Positions 1 through 9,884 of a stretch of 64,000 nt of DNA are shown one piece after another. Under the pieces are notes generated by a model, which was given only the letters and a program-made list of their open reading frames with translations, searched no databases and was not told the DNA's origin. The stretch is taken from positions 372,001 to 436,000 of the forward strand of contig CAJYLB010000001.1 in NCBI GenBank assembly GCA_913775595.1, given 5' to 3'. A program made the translations under genes and the position numbers. This stretch comes from an uncultured Aquiluna sp. Lineage in GTDB: Bacteria; Actinomycetota; Actinomycetes; Actinomycetales; Microbacteriaceae. Within the stretch, counting starts at the first letter, position 1. Every line of letters begins with the position of its first letter.

Positions 1-1
1 G

Positions 2-634
2 GTCTCTGGAATCGACGCCTCAGGCCCTGAGGTCTCATTTGAGCTGACCCACGCCGATTCAAGGGTGTCCATGAAGCTCAAGGTTCCCGGTCACCACAAC
101 GCCTTGAACGCAGCCGGAGCGGTGGCGACCCTGGTTGGACTGGGCTTCGATTTTGCCGAGTCAGCTGCTGCGGTCGAGCAATTCGGCGGCACGGTTAGAA
201 GGTTTGAGCTTCACGGAGAGCGCAGAGGGGTGAAGGTCTATGACGACTTTGCTCACCACCCGACTGAGGTTGCTGCTGCACTCAAAGCGGCTAGAGCTGT
301 CGTCGGCACCGGAAGGCTGATCACGGTGTTCCAGCCCCATCTCTACAGCCGCACCAGGCTGTTCTCAAAAGAATTTGCTGAGGTTTTGATGCTTTCTGAC
401 GAGGCGGTGGTGACCGAAATCTATGCGGCCAGAGAGGATCCCGAGCCTGGAGTAACCGCCGACCTGATTACCGCGAAGTGCGCTCGCCAAGAGAATACTC
501 ACTTGGTTCCTAACTGGGACGATGTGCCAGCGAAGGCAGCGGCTCTTGCTGAGGCTGGAGACTTCATAATCACGATGGGGTGCGGGGACATCAACCGCAT
601 GGTCCCAGACCTACTAGCGGCCCTGGAGAGCTAG
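2..634 (+). CDS. murC: UDP-N-acetylmuramate--L-alanine ligase, 5'-truncated by window edge
   Basis: Motifs GHHNALNA, RRFE, DDFAHHPTEV, FQPHLYSRT; frame open from base 2; directly upstream of ftsQ. Confidence 0.95.
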   Translation, partial: VSGIDASGPEVSFELTHADSRVSMKLKVPGHHNALNAAGAVATLVGLGFDFAESAAAVEQFGGTVRRFELHGERRGVKVYDDFAHHPTEVAAALKAARAVVGTGRLITVFQPHLYSRTRLFSKEFAEVLMLSDEAVVTEIYAAREDPEPGVTADLITAKCARQENTHLVPNWDDVPAKAAALAEAGDFIITMGCGDINRMVPDLLAALES

Positions 635-1402
635 TTGGCTCGAAGTGACAGGGAGCTTCTCAGGACCGAGCGGAAGCGCCTGAAGAAGAAAAAGCCACGG
701 CGCATTGGTGTCGGACCGTTCACAATCTGGGCCAGGGTGCTGCTCATTGTCTCTCCATTGACATTGGGCGCTTTGGTGGCGGCAAGCTTCCTAACGCCAC
801 TATTCGCGATTGACCGCATTGCCGTAAGCGGCAACGAGCGAATTGAATCAAGCCAAATCACCTCTGCCCTAAGCGACCTCAGAGGAAGACCCTTGACTAC
901 CGTCACCGCAGATGAGCTCGCCTCACTGTTGGGCGACATTTCACTCATAGAGACCTTTACCTTCACAGCTGAGCCGCCAAACACCCTGCGGGTCAAGGTG
1001 CGAGAGCGGCAGCCGCTATTGGTCTTGTTTCGCGAGGGTGAGAATTGGCTCTACGACGCAGCGGGAGTGAAGATTGAGCCAACTGCGACGCTTGGAGAGC
1101 ATCCATTTTTGGTCTTTCAGGGGGACCCGACTGAGGACAGCCGCTACAGATACGCGGTGGAACTGCTGCTCTCTCTCCCGGTCGAAACCTACCAAGGCGT
1201 CTTCTCGGTCGAGGTCAGTGAGCAGCTGACCAGCAAGCTCACCCTCAAAGAGCGCGATATCACGGTGATCTGGGGGGACAACGACGAGGCGCTATTGAAG
1301 GCCGAGGTCCTTGATTCATTGATTGCCACCGGGGTCGAGGAGTCCGTCACCATAGATGTCTCGTCGCCAAATTCTCCGGTGGTCAGATACAGCGATTACT
1401 AG
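635..1402 (+). CDS. ftsQ: Cell division protein FtsQ/DivIB
   Basis: Basic N-terminus, one TM helix, POTRA-like region (I.VSGN...PPNTLRVKVRER); between murC and ftsZ. Confidence 0.9.
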   Translation: MARSDRELLRTERKRLKKKKPRRIGVGPFTIWARVLLIVSPLTLGALVAASFLTPLFAIDRIAVSGNERIESSQITSALSDLRGRPLTTVTADELASLLGDISLIETFTFTAEPPNTLRVKVRERQPLLVLFREGENWLYDAAGVKIEPTATLGEHPFLVFQGDPTEDSRYRYAVELLLSLPVETYQGVFSVEVSEQLTSKLTLKERDITVIWGDNDEALLKAEVLDSLIATGVEESVTIDVSSPNSPVVRYSDY

Positions 1403-1429
1403 GAGTTTTCCAAGTTAATCTGTTGTTTA

Positions 1430-1535
1430 CGACACGCCCGAGTGCCTAGCTAACACTTGCCCCTGCGCCCTCTAACTTCGTGGCGCTAATTGAATACTCT
1501 CAGAAAAGTTAAGCCTCAGCCTTAACTTGAGGGTT
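1430..1535 (+). promoter_or_regulatory. ftsZ upstream regulatory region: GACAC (WhiA-type) motif and inverted repeat AAGTTAAG-N7-CTTAACTT
   Basis: CGACACGCC at 1430-1438; candidate -10 TAACTT at about 1473; inverted repeat at 1506-1528. Confidence 0.5.
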
Positions 1536-1553
1536 CATAGCAGGAGGCGAATC

Positions 1554-2762
1554 GTGACCCAGTCACCTAACTATCAGGCAGTCATCAAGGTCGTTGGAGT
1601 CGGCGGCGGTGGAGTGAATGCTCTGAACCGAATGATTAACTCAGGGCTCCGCGGAGTTGAGTTTGTTGCCGTCAACACTGATGCTCAGGCTTTGCTCATG
1701 AGCGATGCTGACGTCAAGCTGGACATTGGGCGCGACATCACCAGAGGTCTCGGAGCTGGAGCCGACCCAGAGGTCGGCAGGCGTGCTGCTGAGGAGCACG
1801 AGGGCGAAATAGAGGCTGCCATCAAGGGTGCAGACATGGTTTTTGTCACAGCAGGCGAGGGTGGCGGAACAGGCACCGGCGGCGCTCCCGTCGTTGCACG
1901 CATCGCAAAGCGCCTGGGCGCTCTGACCGTCGGTGTCGTGACCAGGCCGTTCAACTTTGAAGGTAAGCGTCGAGCAGTGCAGGCTGACGAGGGCATCAAA
2001 GCCCTTCGTGAAGAGGTCGACACTCTCATTGTCGTTCCTAACCAGCGACTCCTGGAGATGTCAAACAAAAAGATTTCCGCGCTCGAAGCATTCATGACCG
2101 CAGACGACGTGCTGCGTGCAGGTGTTCAGGGCATTAGCGACCTAATCGTGGTTCCGGGCCTAATCAATCTCGACTTCAACGATGTCAAGAGTGTGATGCA
2201 GGGTGCTGGAAGCGCGCTCATGGGTATTGGTACCGCCAAGGGCGAGGATCGTGCCATCAGGGCTGCAGAAATCGCAGTCTCATCGCCACTTCTGGAGGCA
2301 ACCATCGAGGGTGCCCACGGGGTATTGCTCCTGGTACAGGGAGCTTCCGACCTCGGTCTTCACGAAATCGACGATGCCGCAAGGTTGGTTCAGGAGGCGG
2401 TTCACCCAGAGGCCAACATCATCTTCGGCGCAACCATCGAGGACACCCTTGGCGATGAGGTCAGAATCACCGTTATCGCAGCAGGCTTCGATGGCGGTCA
2501 GCCAAAGTACAAGCGATTTGAGAATGCCGTAATCGGCCTTTCGGAGTCCGAAGAGGTCGAGGCACCCGCTTACCTAGGCGCCGAGGACGCTTCGGCTGTT
2601 GAGACTGGCGCTGCCGAGACTGCAACCGAGCTAGAAGAAGTCGATGCTCCCAACCTGGAGAGCCTCGATGAGGGTTCACCTTCCGAGGAAGACCGGCGCG
2701 AAAAGGTCAGTGCACCCGGTGCCTTCGGCGATGACCTAGACCTGCCTGAGTTCTTCCGCTAA
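1554..2762 (+). CDS. ftsZ: Cell division GTPase FtsZ
   Basis: GGGTGTG tubulin signature, NTDAQAL, C-terminal LDLPEFF; GTG start after AGGAGG. Confidence 0.99.
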   Translation: MTQSPNYQAVIKVVGVGGGGVNALNRMINSGLRGVEFVAVNTDAQALLMSDADVKLDIGRDITRGLGAGADPEVGRRAAEEHEGEIEAAIKGADMVFVTAGEGGGTGTGGAPVVARIAKRLGALTVGVVTRPFNFEGKRRAVQADEGIKALREEVDTLIVVPNQRLLEMSNKKISALEAFMTADDVLRAGVQGISDLIVVPGLINLDFNDVKSVMQGAGSALMGIGTAKGEDRAIRAAEIAVSSPLLEATIEGAHGVLLLVQGASDLGLHEIDDAARLVQEAVHPEANIIFGATIEDTLGDEVRITVIAAGFDGGQPKYKRFENAVIGLSESEEVEAPAYLGAEDASAVETGAAETATELEEVDAPNLESLDEGSPSEEDRREKVSAPGAFGDDLDLPEFFR

Positions 2763-3451
2763 TGCTCTTAGCTGAGCGCTACCGCTCAGTACTGGAGCGA
2801 GTTGAGGCTAGTTGTCGAGCGGCCGGGAGACCTGAGAGCGATGTCGAGCTGGTCGTAGTAACCAAAAACCATCCTGCTGATCTTGTGGCTGAGCTCTACG
2901 ACCTTGGGCACAGGCACTTCGGTGAAAACCGAGACCAAGAGGCCGGACCCAAAGCGAAAGAGCTCGCAGACGGTGGCAGGAGGGACGCGAGCTGGCACTT
3001 TGTTGGACAGCTTCAGTCGAACAAGGTGCGCACAGTTTTGAACTATGCGGCAAGCATTCACTCGATAGACAGGCCCAGTCTTCTCAAGGAGCTTAGAAAG
3101 CAGCTGTCCAATCGGAGCCTTGAGATTCATGGCTTTATCGAGCTGAACCTAACCGATGACCCAGGTCGAGGGGGAGTGGAGCCGGATAACTTGATCGAGC
3201 TCGCTGAACAGGTACTTGAGATTCCTCAAATTAGGCTCATGGGCGTCATGGCGGTGGCCGGATTGGGTGTTGACCCAAGGGTTGATTTTGAAAAGACACT
3301 GGCTGCCAGTGAGCAGCTGAAGGGTGTGGTCCCTAGTGCGGACAAGCTTTCCATGGGCATGAGCGAGGATTTTGAACTTGCAATTGAGATGGGTGCGACA
3401 CACATCCGAGTTGGGAGTGCCATTACAGGACCCAGGCCAAATTACGCATAG
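2762..3451 (+). CDS. yggS: YggS-family PLP homeostasis protein
   Basis: VTK, FGEN, WHFVGQLQSNK, LSMGMS, GATHIRVG motifs. Confidence 0.95.
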   Translation: MLLAERYRSVLERVEASCRAAGRPESDVELVVVTKNHPADLVAELYDLGHRHFGENRDQEAGPKAKELADGGRRDASWHFVGQLQSNKVRTVLNYAASIHSIDRPSLLKELRKQLSNRSLEIHGFIELNLTDDPGRGGVEPDNLIELAEQVLEIPQIRLMGVMAVAGLGVDPRVDFEKTLAASEQLKGVVPSADKLSMGMSEDFELAIEMGATHIRVGSAITGPRPNYA

Positions 3452-3476
3452 TCTTTAGGAGAAATAAGGAGTAGCA

Positions 3477-3863
3477 ATGGGCGTAGTAAATTCCGTGATG
3501 TCGTTCTTCGGCTTCGGATCCTCTGAGGGAAAGAGCGAGTCGGCTCCAAAACCAAAGCCTTCAGCACCTAGACCTCGTAGATCAGCTGACATGTCTGAGA
3601 TAGTGACTCTCGACCCCGAGAGCTACGCCGATGCCAAAGAGGTCGCTGCACACTTCCGCTCGGGTGTGCCGGTCATTGTAAACATTGGCGCAATGAGTGA
3701 GGCTGACGCAAAGCGTATGCTCGATTTCATGATTGGCCTGAAAGAGGGTCTAGAGGGACACCTGCGCAGGGTTACCCCGAAGGTATTCCTGCTATCTCCG
3801 CAAAACGTTTCGGTGACGGATGCAGACGCCGATGAGGATGACCCCGAAGACTTGATGCAGTAG
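3477..3863 (+). CDS. sepF: Cell division protein SepF
   Basis: Y.DA..VA.HFR.G.PVIVN, KRMLDF..GL, VFLLSP; synteny. Confidence 0.93.
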   Translation: MGVVNSVMSFFGFGSSEGKSESAPKPKPSAPRPRRSADMSEIVTLDPESYADAKEVAAHFRSGVPVIVNIGAMSEADAKRMLDFMIGLKEGLEGHLRRVTPKVFLLSPQNVSVTDADADEDDPEDLMQ

Positions 3864-3866
3864 CCA

Positions 3867-4151
3867 ATGAGCATTGTCGGACTTGTCCTTTACTGGGCCC
3901 TGCAAATCTTCTTCTACGCAATGCTGGGTAGGTTTATAGCCGACCTTGTCATGGGAGTTAATCGCAGCTGGAAGCCGAAGGGCATCCTCCTACCGATACT
4001 GGACTTTGCCTACACCCTGACCGACCCGCCTCTGCGCTTTGTTCGCAGGTTTGTGCCACCGCTTCGACTGGGCACAATCTCGCTCGATCTGGCTTGGACA
4101 CTCGTGCTTTTTGCGGTGATTATTCTCCAGGGCTTTGCTCGAGCCCTGTAG
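3867..4151 (+). CDS. yggT: YggT/YlmG family membrane protein
   Basis: TDPPLRFVRRFVPPLRLG...LDL motif; synteny. Confidence 0.9.
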   Translation: MSIVGLVLYWALQIFFYAMLGRFIADLVMGVNRSWKPKGILLPILDFAYTLTDPPLRFVRRFVPPLRLGTISLDLAWTLVLFAVIILQGFARAL

Positions 4152-4203
4152 GTGGCAATAACATAGCTCTCAGGTTTCAAATGCATGCCAGGAAGGTTGC
4201 ACA

Positions 4204-4950
4204 ATGGCGTTAACACCAGAGGACATCCTCGCTAAGCGTTTTCAAGTCACAAAATTTCGCGAGGGCTACGACCAAGACGAGGTGGATGACTACCTAGACG
4301 ACATCGTCGTTGAGCTTCGGAAAATCCTCAGTGACAACGAAGCACTAAGAACCAAGAGCTCTCTTCCTGCCAGTGAGGAAGTCGAAGTTCAGCCATTTCC
4401 GGTGGCAAGTGACCCCGCGGTGCCAACTGCAGACGAGGACACTGACCAGTCCCGCAGCATTATTGAACTCGCCCACAAACTCCACGCGGATCACGTCCAG
4501 GAAGGTCGCGTGAAGCGTGACCAGATCATCAAGGACGCTCAGGTTCAGGCAGCTCGCATAGTTCGTGATGCTGAGGCTCAGGCTAGAGAGGTTCTGAACC
4601 AGCTCGAGCTTGACCGCAGAACTGTTGAAGAGTCAATTTCAGACCTCAAGCGCTTCGAGACCGAGTACCGCGCAAACCTTCGCGACTACATCCAGGGTCA
4701 GCTTGAAAACATCCTGAGCGAAGAGGCCTACAGCGATCTTATGGAGGATGTCGAGCCTGCCTCTGCAGCAGATATTTCGCTGGAGTACTACTCCCAAGAG
4801 CCCACCGCTCTTGGAGGCGAGGTCGAGGAGCCAGCTGAAGAGGATGATGACGCGGCTCTAGACCAAGAGTCCAGTGAGTTCAGCGCCGAGGATCTAGTTT
4901 CCGATAACGACGAGGCCGATGAGCCAAAGCGTGACAAGAAAAAGGACTAA
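4204..4950 (+). CDS. divIVA: DivIVA/Wag31 family protein
   Basis: LTPEDI..KRF...REGYDQDEVDDYLD N-terminal domain followed by coiled coil. Confidence 0.93.
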   Translation: MALTPEDILAKRFQVTKFREGYDQDEVDDYLDDIVVELRKILSDNEALRTKSSLPASEEVEVQPFPVASDPAVPTADEDTDQSRSIIELAHKLHADHVQEGRVKRDQIIKDAQVQAARIVRDAEAQAREVLNQLELDRRTVEESISDLKRFETEYRANLRDYIQGQLENILSEEAYSDLMEDVEPASAADISLEYYSQEPTALGGEVEEPAEEDDDAALDQESSEFSAEDLVSDNDEADEPKRDKKKD

Positions 4951-5434
4951 GACCGCAAGGTATCTCTTGTTTGGGGTATCGGCCTCGCTAATTGTTCTTG
5001 TTGATCAGCTAACTAAATTCTGGGCAGAGGCTAACCTTGCAGGCCAGGGCTCCGTCCCAGTCATTGGCGAACTGCTTCAGTTTCGTCTTGCCTACAACAA
5101 TGCGGCGGCTTTTTCACTTGGTGTTGGAGCAACCTGGGTCCTCACGACAATTTCGCTTGCAGCCACGGTTGCTCTTATTGTGCTCTCGCCCCGAATCAAG
5201 ACCATGACCTGGGCTCTGATTGGCGGCATGGCGCTCGGTGGTGCAGCGGGAAATCTAATCGACCGAGCTTTTAAACAACCTCAGTTTTTCAATGGTCACG
5301 TGGTGGATTTCATTCAAATCCCCTTCAACTTCCCAATTTTTAATCTGGCAGACACCTTTTTGGTGATCGCGGTTAGCTTGGCGATCCTGAGAACGCTCCT
5401 CGGTGATGAGATCGGCGGGGGCCGTGCAAAGTAA
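4919..5434 (+). CDS. lspA: Lipoprotein signal peptidase II
   Basis: DQLTK, N.AAAFS, GNLIDR, VVDFI, FNLAD motifs. Confidence 0.95.
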   Translation: MSQSVTRKRTKTARYLLFGVSASLIVLVDQLTKFWAEANLAGQGSVPVIGELLQFRLAYNNAAAFSLGVGATWVLTTISLAATVALIVLSPRIKTMTWALIGGMALGGAAGNLIDRAFKQPQFFNGHVVDFIQIPFNFPIFNLADTFLVIAVSLAILRTLLGDEIGGGRAK

Positions 5435-6359
5435 GTTTTTGCAGGTCCCGGATGCCAGGGAGGGTGATCGGCTAGATGCGGGACTTGCAAAGATATTGGG
5501 CATCTCCCGCACCGCCGCAGCTGAGCTAATTGCCTCAGGTGGGGTGACCATGGATGGTAACCAGATTGGTAAGAGTCATCGCCTGGTTGCTGGTGAGCTA
5601 TTGGAGGTGACTCTTCTAGACAAGCCTGCATCTGTGGCACTGACTGCCGAGGATGTACCAGAGCTGAGAGTTGTTTTCGAAGACGAGCACATCGTGGTCG
5701 TAGACAAGCCTGCCGGTGTTGTTTCTCACCCTTCACAGGGATTTGTGGGTCCAAGCGTCGGGGGAGTGCTGCTATCAAGAGGAATAGAGCTTGCGACCTC
5801 GGGTGCTCAAGAGCGACAGGGAATTGTGCAAAGGCTAGATGTTGGAACTTCAGGACTCATGGTGCTTGCGAAGGGAGAGCGAGCCTATTCGGTGTTGAAA
5901 CAGGCATTCCGCGATCGAACTCCAAAAAAGACCTATCACGCTCTGGTGCAGGGGCATCCAGATCCCGCGTCTGGCACGATCGACACCCCAATTGCGCGCT
6001 CCCAAAGGCATGACTACAAGTTCACTATCTCTCAGAATGGAAAGCCAGCCGTTACTCACTACGAGGTCAAAGAAATGCTGCCATCGGCTGCCCTGGTTGA
6101 GGTGGGGCTAGAGACCGGAAGAACGCACCAGATTAGAGTTCACTTCTTTCACTTCCGACACCCGCTTGTCGGCGATCCGCTTTATGGCTCCGACCCAAAA
6201 CTTGCAGCCAAGCTAAATCTAGAGAGGCAGTGGCTGCACGCGGTTAAGCTCGGCTTCGCGCATCCAATCAGTGGTGAGTGGCAAGAATTCAGCTCTGAGT
6301 ACCCGAGCGATTTGGAAATCGCCCTTTCAAGGCTCAGGGATGTCGAGTTTCGGCTTTAG
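5424..6359 (+). CDS. rluD: RluA-family pseudouridine synthase (RluD-like)
   Basis: S4 domain RLD, VDKPAG, QRLDVGTSG, TGRTHQIRVH; start GTG 5424 chosen. Confidence 0.9.
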   Translation: MQSKFLQVPDAREGDRLDAGLAKILGISRTAAAELIASGGVTMDGNQIGKSHRLVAGELLEVTLLDKPASVALTAEDVPELRVVFEDEHIVVVDKPAGVVSHPSQGFVGPSVGGVLLSRGIELATSGAQERQGIVQRLDVGTSGLMVLAKGERAYSVLKQAFRDRTPKKTYHALVQGHPDPASGTIDTPIARSQRHDYKFTISQNGKPAVTHYEVKEMLPSAALVEVGLETGRTHQIRVHFFHFRHPLVGDPLYGSDPKLAAKLNLERQWLHAVKLGFAHPISGEWQEFSSEYPSDLEIALSRLRDVEFRL

Positions 6360-6362
6360 CAT
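6341..6362 (+). promoter_or_regulatory. Candidate PafBC-dependent (RecA-NDp-type) promoter of dnaE
   Basis: TGTCGA-N10-TAGCAT versus consensus TGTCGG-N10-TAnnnT. Confidence 0.55.
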
Positions 6363-6386
6363 TGTCACCTGCAAGTAGGAGGTGCT

Positions 6387-9300
6387 TTGGTGGGAGATAA
6401 GTCTTTTGTCCACCTGCACAACCACACCGAGTTTTCAATGCTCGACGGCGCAGCCCGCATCAAGCCACTTGTTGAAAAGGCTGCCGAGCTTGGGATGCCG
6501 GCCATTGCGATGACAGACCATGGCAACACCCACGGTGCTTACGAATTCTGGAAGCAGGCCACCGCGGCCGGAATCAAACCAATCATTGGCATGGAGGCGT
6601 ATCTCGCTCCGGGGTCCAGACTGGAAAAAACTAAGGTCCGCTGGGGGGATGGTGGAGACGATGACGTCTCGGGTGGTGGAGCATTTAGCCACCTAACCAT
6701 TTGGGCTACCGACAATGCATCCATGAACAATCTGTTCAGGCTCAGCTCAGAGGCATATCTGTCGGGGTACTACTTCAAGCCAAGAATCGACCGTGAGCTT
6801 CTCGGCCAGTACGGCAAGGGTTTAATCGGAACCACCGGGTGCCCGGGTGGTGAGGTTCAAACCAGGCTTAGGTTGGGTCAGTATGAAGAAGCCCTGAAAA
6901 CGGCTGCGGAATTTCGGGACATCTTCGGCAAGGAGAACTACTTCGTCGAGGTGATGGACCACGCACTTGAGATCGAAAAACGTGTGCGCGATGACCTTCT
7001 CAAGCTTGCCAAGGATTTAGGCCTGCCGCTGGTTGGTACAAACGATCTCCACTACGTCCACAAGGAAGACTCTGTTGCTCACGAGGCCCTGCTGTGTGTG
7101 CAGACTGGAACCAACCTCGACGATCCAAAGCGTTTTCGGTTTGAATCGCAGGAGTTCTATCTCAAGAGCGCAAAAGAGATGCGGAGTCTCTTCTCGGAGA
7201 TCCCGGAGGCGGCGGACAATACGCTCTTAATCGCCGAACGCTGCGAGGTCAATTTTGAAAAGCAAGACCTCATGCCGCGTTTCCCAGTGCCGGAGGGAAG
7301 CACCGAGGCCGAATGGTTCGAAAAAGAGGTCTGGCGGGGCATGGACAGGCGCTATCCCGATGGCTTTTCCGACAGGCACCGGGAACAAGCGGCTTACGAG
7401 ATCGAAGTGATCGTCAAAATGGGCTTCCCCGGCTATTTTCTTGTGGTTTCAGACTTCATTCGCTGGGCTAGAGAGCAGGGGATTAGAGTCGGGCCAGGCC
7501 GCGGCTCGGCCGCCGGTTCAATCGTCTCCTACGCAATGGGCATCACTGAGCTGGATCCGCTGGCCCACGACCTGATTTTTGAGCGCTTTCTAAATCCCGA
7601 GCGTCTGTCAATGCCCGATATTGATGTTGACTTCGATGACCGAAGGCGCCCTGAGGTCATCCGCTATGTGACTGAAAAATATGGTGCGGACCGCGTTGCT
7701 CAGATTGTGACGTTCGGCACCATCAAGGCAAAGCAAGCTCTCAAAGACTCGGCAAGAGTGCTTGCAAAGCCCTACTCAATCGGCGAGAAGCTGACCAAGG
7801 CAATGCCTCCCATGGTGTTAGGCCGAGACGTGAGCCTGGACGACGTCACAAATAAAGAATCTGAGCGCTACGCGGAGGCAGCAGAGTTCCGGGATCTTAT
7901 TGAGAACGACGAAGACAGCAAGCAGGTCTTTGAGCTTGCCCGGGGGCTCGAGTCACTCAAGAGGCAATGGGGTGTCCACGCTGCCGGTGTGATTATGTCT
8001 GCTAAACCGCTGATGGACGTCATTCCAATTATGAAGCGGGAAGAGGATGGCGCCATCATCACCCAATTTGACCAGCCTCCCTGTGAGGATCTCGGCCTGT
8101 TGAAGATGGACTTTCTGGGGCTAAGGAACCTGACTGTCATTGATGATGCTCTCGCCAACATCGAGCAAAACAAGGGGGAGAAGGTAGTTCTTGAGGAGCT
8201 CGACCTAGATAAAGACGAGAAAACTTACCAACTGCTCTCCAGAGGCGACACACTGGGCGTTTTTCAGCTCGACGGTAACAACATGCGCTCTTTGCTCAGG
8301 ATGCTAAAACCCTCTGAGTTTGAGCACATCTCGGCCGTAATAGCCCTGTATCGCCCCGGACCTATGGGCATGAACTCTCACACAAATTACGCCCAGAGAA
8401 AGAATGGGCAGCAGCAATCAGAGGGTGTTCACCCGGAGCTCCTAGAACCTTTGAGCGAGATCCTGGACCCGACGTATGGCCTGATTGTTTATCAGGAGCA
8501 GGTCATGGCCGCCGCGCAGAAAGTCGCCGGCTACAGCCTGGGACAGGCGGACCTGCTCAGGCGAGCAATGGGTAAGAAGAAACCTGAGGAGCTGGCGAAG
8601 CAGTTCGAGCTGTTCTCGGATGGGATGCACAAAAACGGCTATTCCGAGGGCGCGGTCAAAGCACTCTGGGACACGCTGCTACCTTTTGCGGATTACGCGT
8701 TCAACAAGGCCCACTCCGCTGGATACGGGGTTCTCAGCTACTGGACCGCCTACCTGAAGGCGAACTACCCGGCCGAGTTCATGGCAGCGCTGCTAACTAG
8801 CGTGGGTGACTCCAAGGACAAGCTCGGCATCTATCTAAACGAGTGCCGAAAAATGGGCATTCAGGTTTTGCCGCCTGACGTGAATGAGTCAATTGGCACC
8901 TTTGCAGCTGTCGGAGATGACATCAGGTTTGGCCTAGGTGCAGTGCGGAACGTTGGAAAGAACGTTGTCGAGAGCATCATTGAAGCTAGAGAGCAGGAGA
9001 GGTTCACCTCCTTCCAAGACTTTTTGACGAGGGTCAGTGCCCAGGCCAGCACCAAACGCGTTGTTGAATCGCTGATTAAGGCCGGTGCCTTTGACACCCT
9101 CGGACACACCCGAAGGTCTCTCATTGCCATCCACGAGGAGGCTATCGAGGCATCGGCAATGCTCAAGCGCCAAGCCGCCACTGGGCAGGTGGATCTCTTC
9201 GGAGACCTCATGGAGGAGGACCCGGCAACCATCGAGATACCAAAGCTCCCTGAGTGGACGAAGCGGGATCTGCTGGCTAACGAGCGTGAGATGCTCGGGT

Positions 9301-9884
9301 TGTATGTTTCGGATCACCCACTCGCGGGCATGGAGGCCGAGTTGATGCGCTACTCGGACATGGGAAGCGCTGCGCTTCGAGACAGCGAAATCGCGGATGG
9401 TGAGACGGTGACTATTGCCGGCCTGATTACCCAGGTGCAGCACAAGATCGCCCGCTCCTCAGGAAATCAATATGCTCAGCTAACTCTCGAAGACTTCTCT
9501 GGTGAGATCCCTGTGATGTTTATGGGTAAGACCTACCTGCAGCATCGGGACAGCCTGGTTCCAGATAGCACTGTCACGATAAGAGGCCGAGTTTCTAGGC
9601 GCGATGACGAGGTGACCCTCCAGGGGTTCTCAATTGAAAAGCTCGAATCAGGTAGAGAGCTTGGTGGGGTCTTGCAGCTACAGCTCAACGACGCTGTTGC
9701 TACCAGGGAGAGGTTGACTCAGTTAGCAGCCATCCTTGAAGCACATCCAGGCCCGGTTGAGGTTCAGGTGAAGCTAGTTTCCAATGGTCAGACCAGCCAC
9801 TTCATGCTTCCCCAGAGGGTTGCGGTTGGCCACGACCTGTTCGGAGAGCTCAAGGCTCTGCTCGGCCCAGAGGCGGTTAGCTAG
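6387..9884 (+). CDS. dnaE: DNA polymerase III alpha subunit (DnaE1)
   Basis: PHP domain FVHLHNHTEFSMLDG, GRGSAAGS, PDIDVDF, YAFNKAHS, OB-fold. Confidence 0.99.
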   Translation: MVGDKSFVHLHNHTEFSMLDGAARIKPLVEKAAELGMPAIAMTDHGNTHGAYEFWKQATAAGIKPIIGMEAYLAPGSRLEKTKVRWGDGGDDDVSGGGAFSHLTIWATDNASMNNLFRLSSEAYLSGYYFKPRIDRELLGQYGKGLIGTTGCPGGEVQTRLRLGQYEEALKTAAEFRDIFGKENYFVEVMDHALEIEKRVRDDLLKLAKDLGLPLVGTNDLHYVHKEDSVAHEALLCVQTGTNLDDPKRFRFESQEFYLKSAKEMRSLFSEIPEAADNTLLIAERCEVNFEKQDLMPRFPVPEGSTEAEWFEKEVWRGMDRRYPDGFSDRHREQAAYEIEVIVKMGFPGYFLVVSDFIRWAREQGIRVGPGRGSAAGSIVSYAMGITELDPLAHDLIFERFLNPERLSMPDIDVDFDDRRRPEVIRYVTEKYGADRVAQIVTFGTIKAKQALKDSARVLAKPYSIGEKLTKAMPPMVLGRDVSLDDVTNKESERYAEAAEFRDLIENDEDSKQVFELARGLESLKRQWGVHAAGVIMSAKPLMDVIPIMKREEDGAIITQFDQPPCEDLGLLKMDFLGLRNLTVIDDALANIEQNKGEKVVLEELDLDKDEKTYQLLSRGDTLGVFQLDGNNMRSLLRMLKPSEFEHISAVIALYRPGPMGMNSHTNYAQRKNGQQQSEGVHPELLEPLSEILDPTYGLIVYQEQVMAAAQKVAGYSLGQADLLRRAMGKKKPEELAKQFELFSDGMHKNGYSEGAVKALWDTLLPFADYAFNKAHSAGYGVLSYWTAYLKANYPAEFMAALLTSVGDSKDKLGIYLNECRKMGIQVLPPDVNESIGTFAAVGDDIRFGLGAVRNVGKNVVESIIEAREQERFTSFQDFLTRVSAQASTKRVVESLIKAGAFDTLGHTRRSLIAIHEEAIEASAMLKRQAATGQVDLFGDLMEEDPATIEIPKLPEWTKRDLLANEREMLGLYVSDHPLAGMEAELMRYSDMGSAALRDSEIADGETVTIAGLITQVQHKIARSSGNQYAQLTLEDFSGEIPVMFMGKTYLQHRDSLVPDSTVTIRGRVSRRDDEVTLQGFSIEKLESGRELGGVLQLQLNDAVATRERLTQLAAILEAHPGPVEVQVKLVSNGQTSHFMLPQRVAVGHDLFGELKALLGPEAVS

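Noticed and set aside
6387..9884. Intein or frameshift in dnaE (also checked sufB)
   Set aside because: Lengths are typical, motifs are continuous and no splice-junction signature was seen
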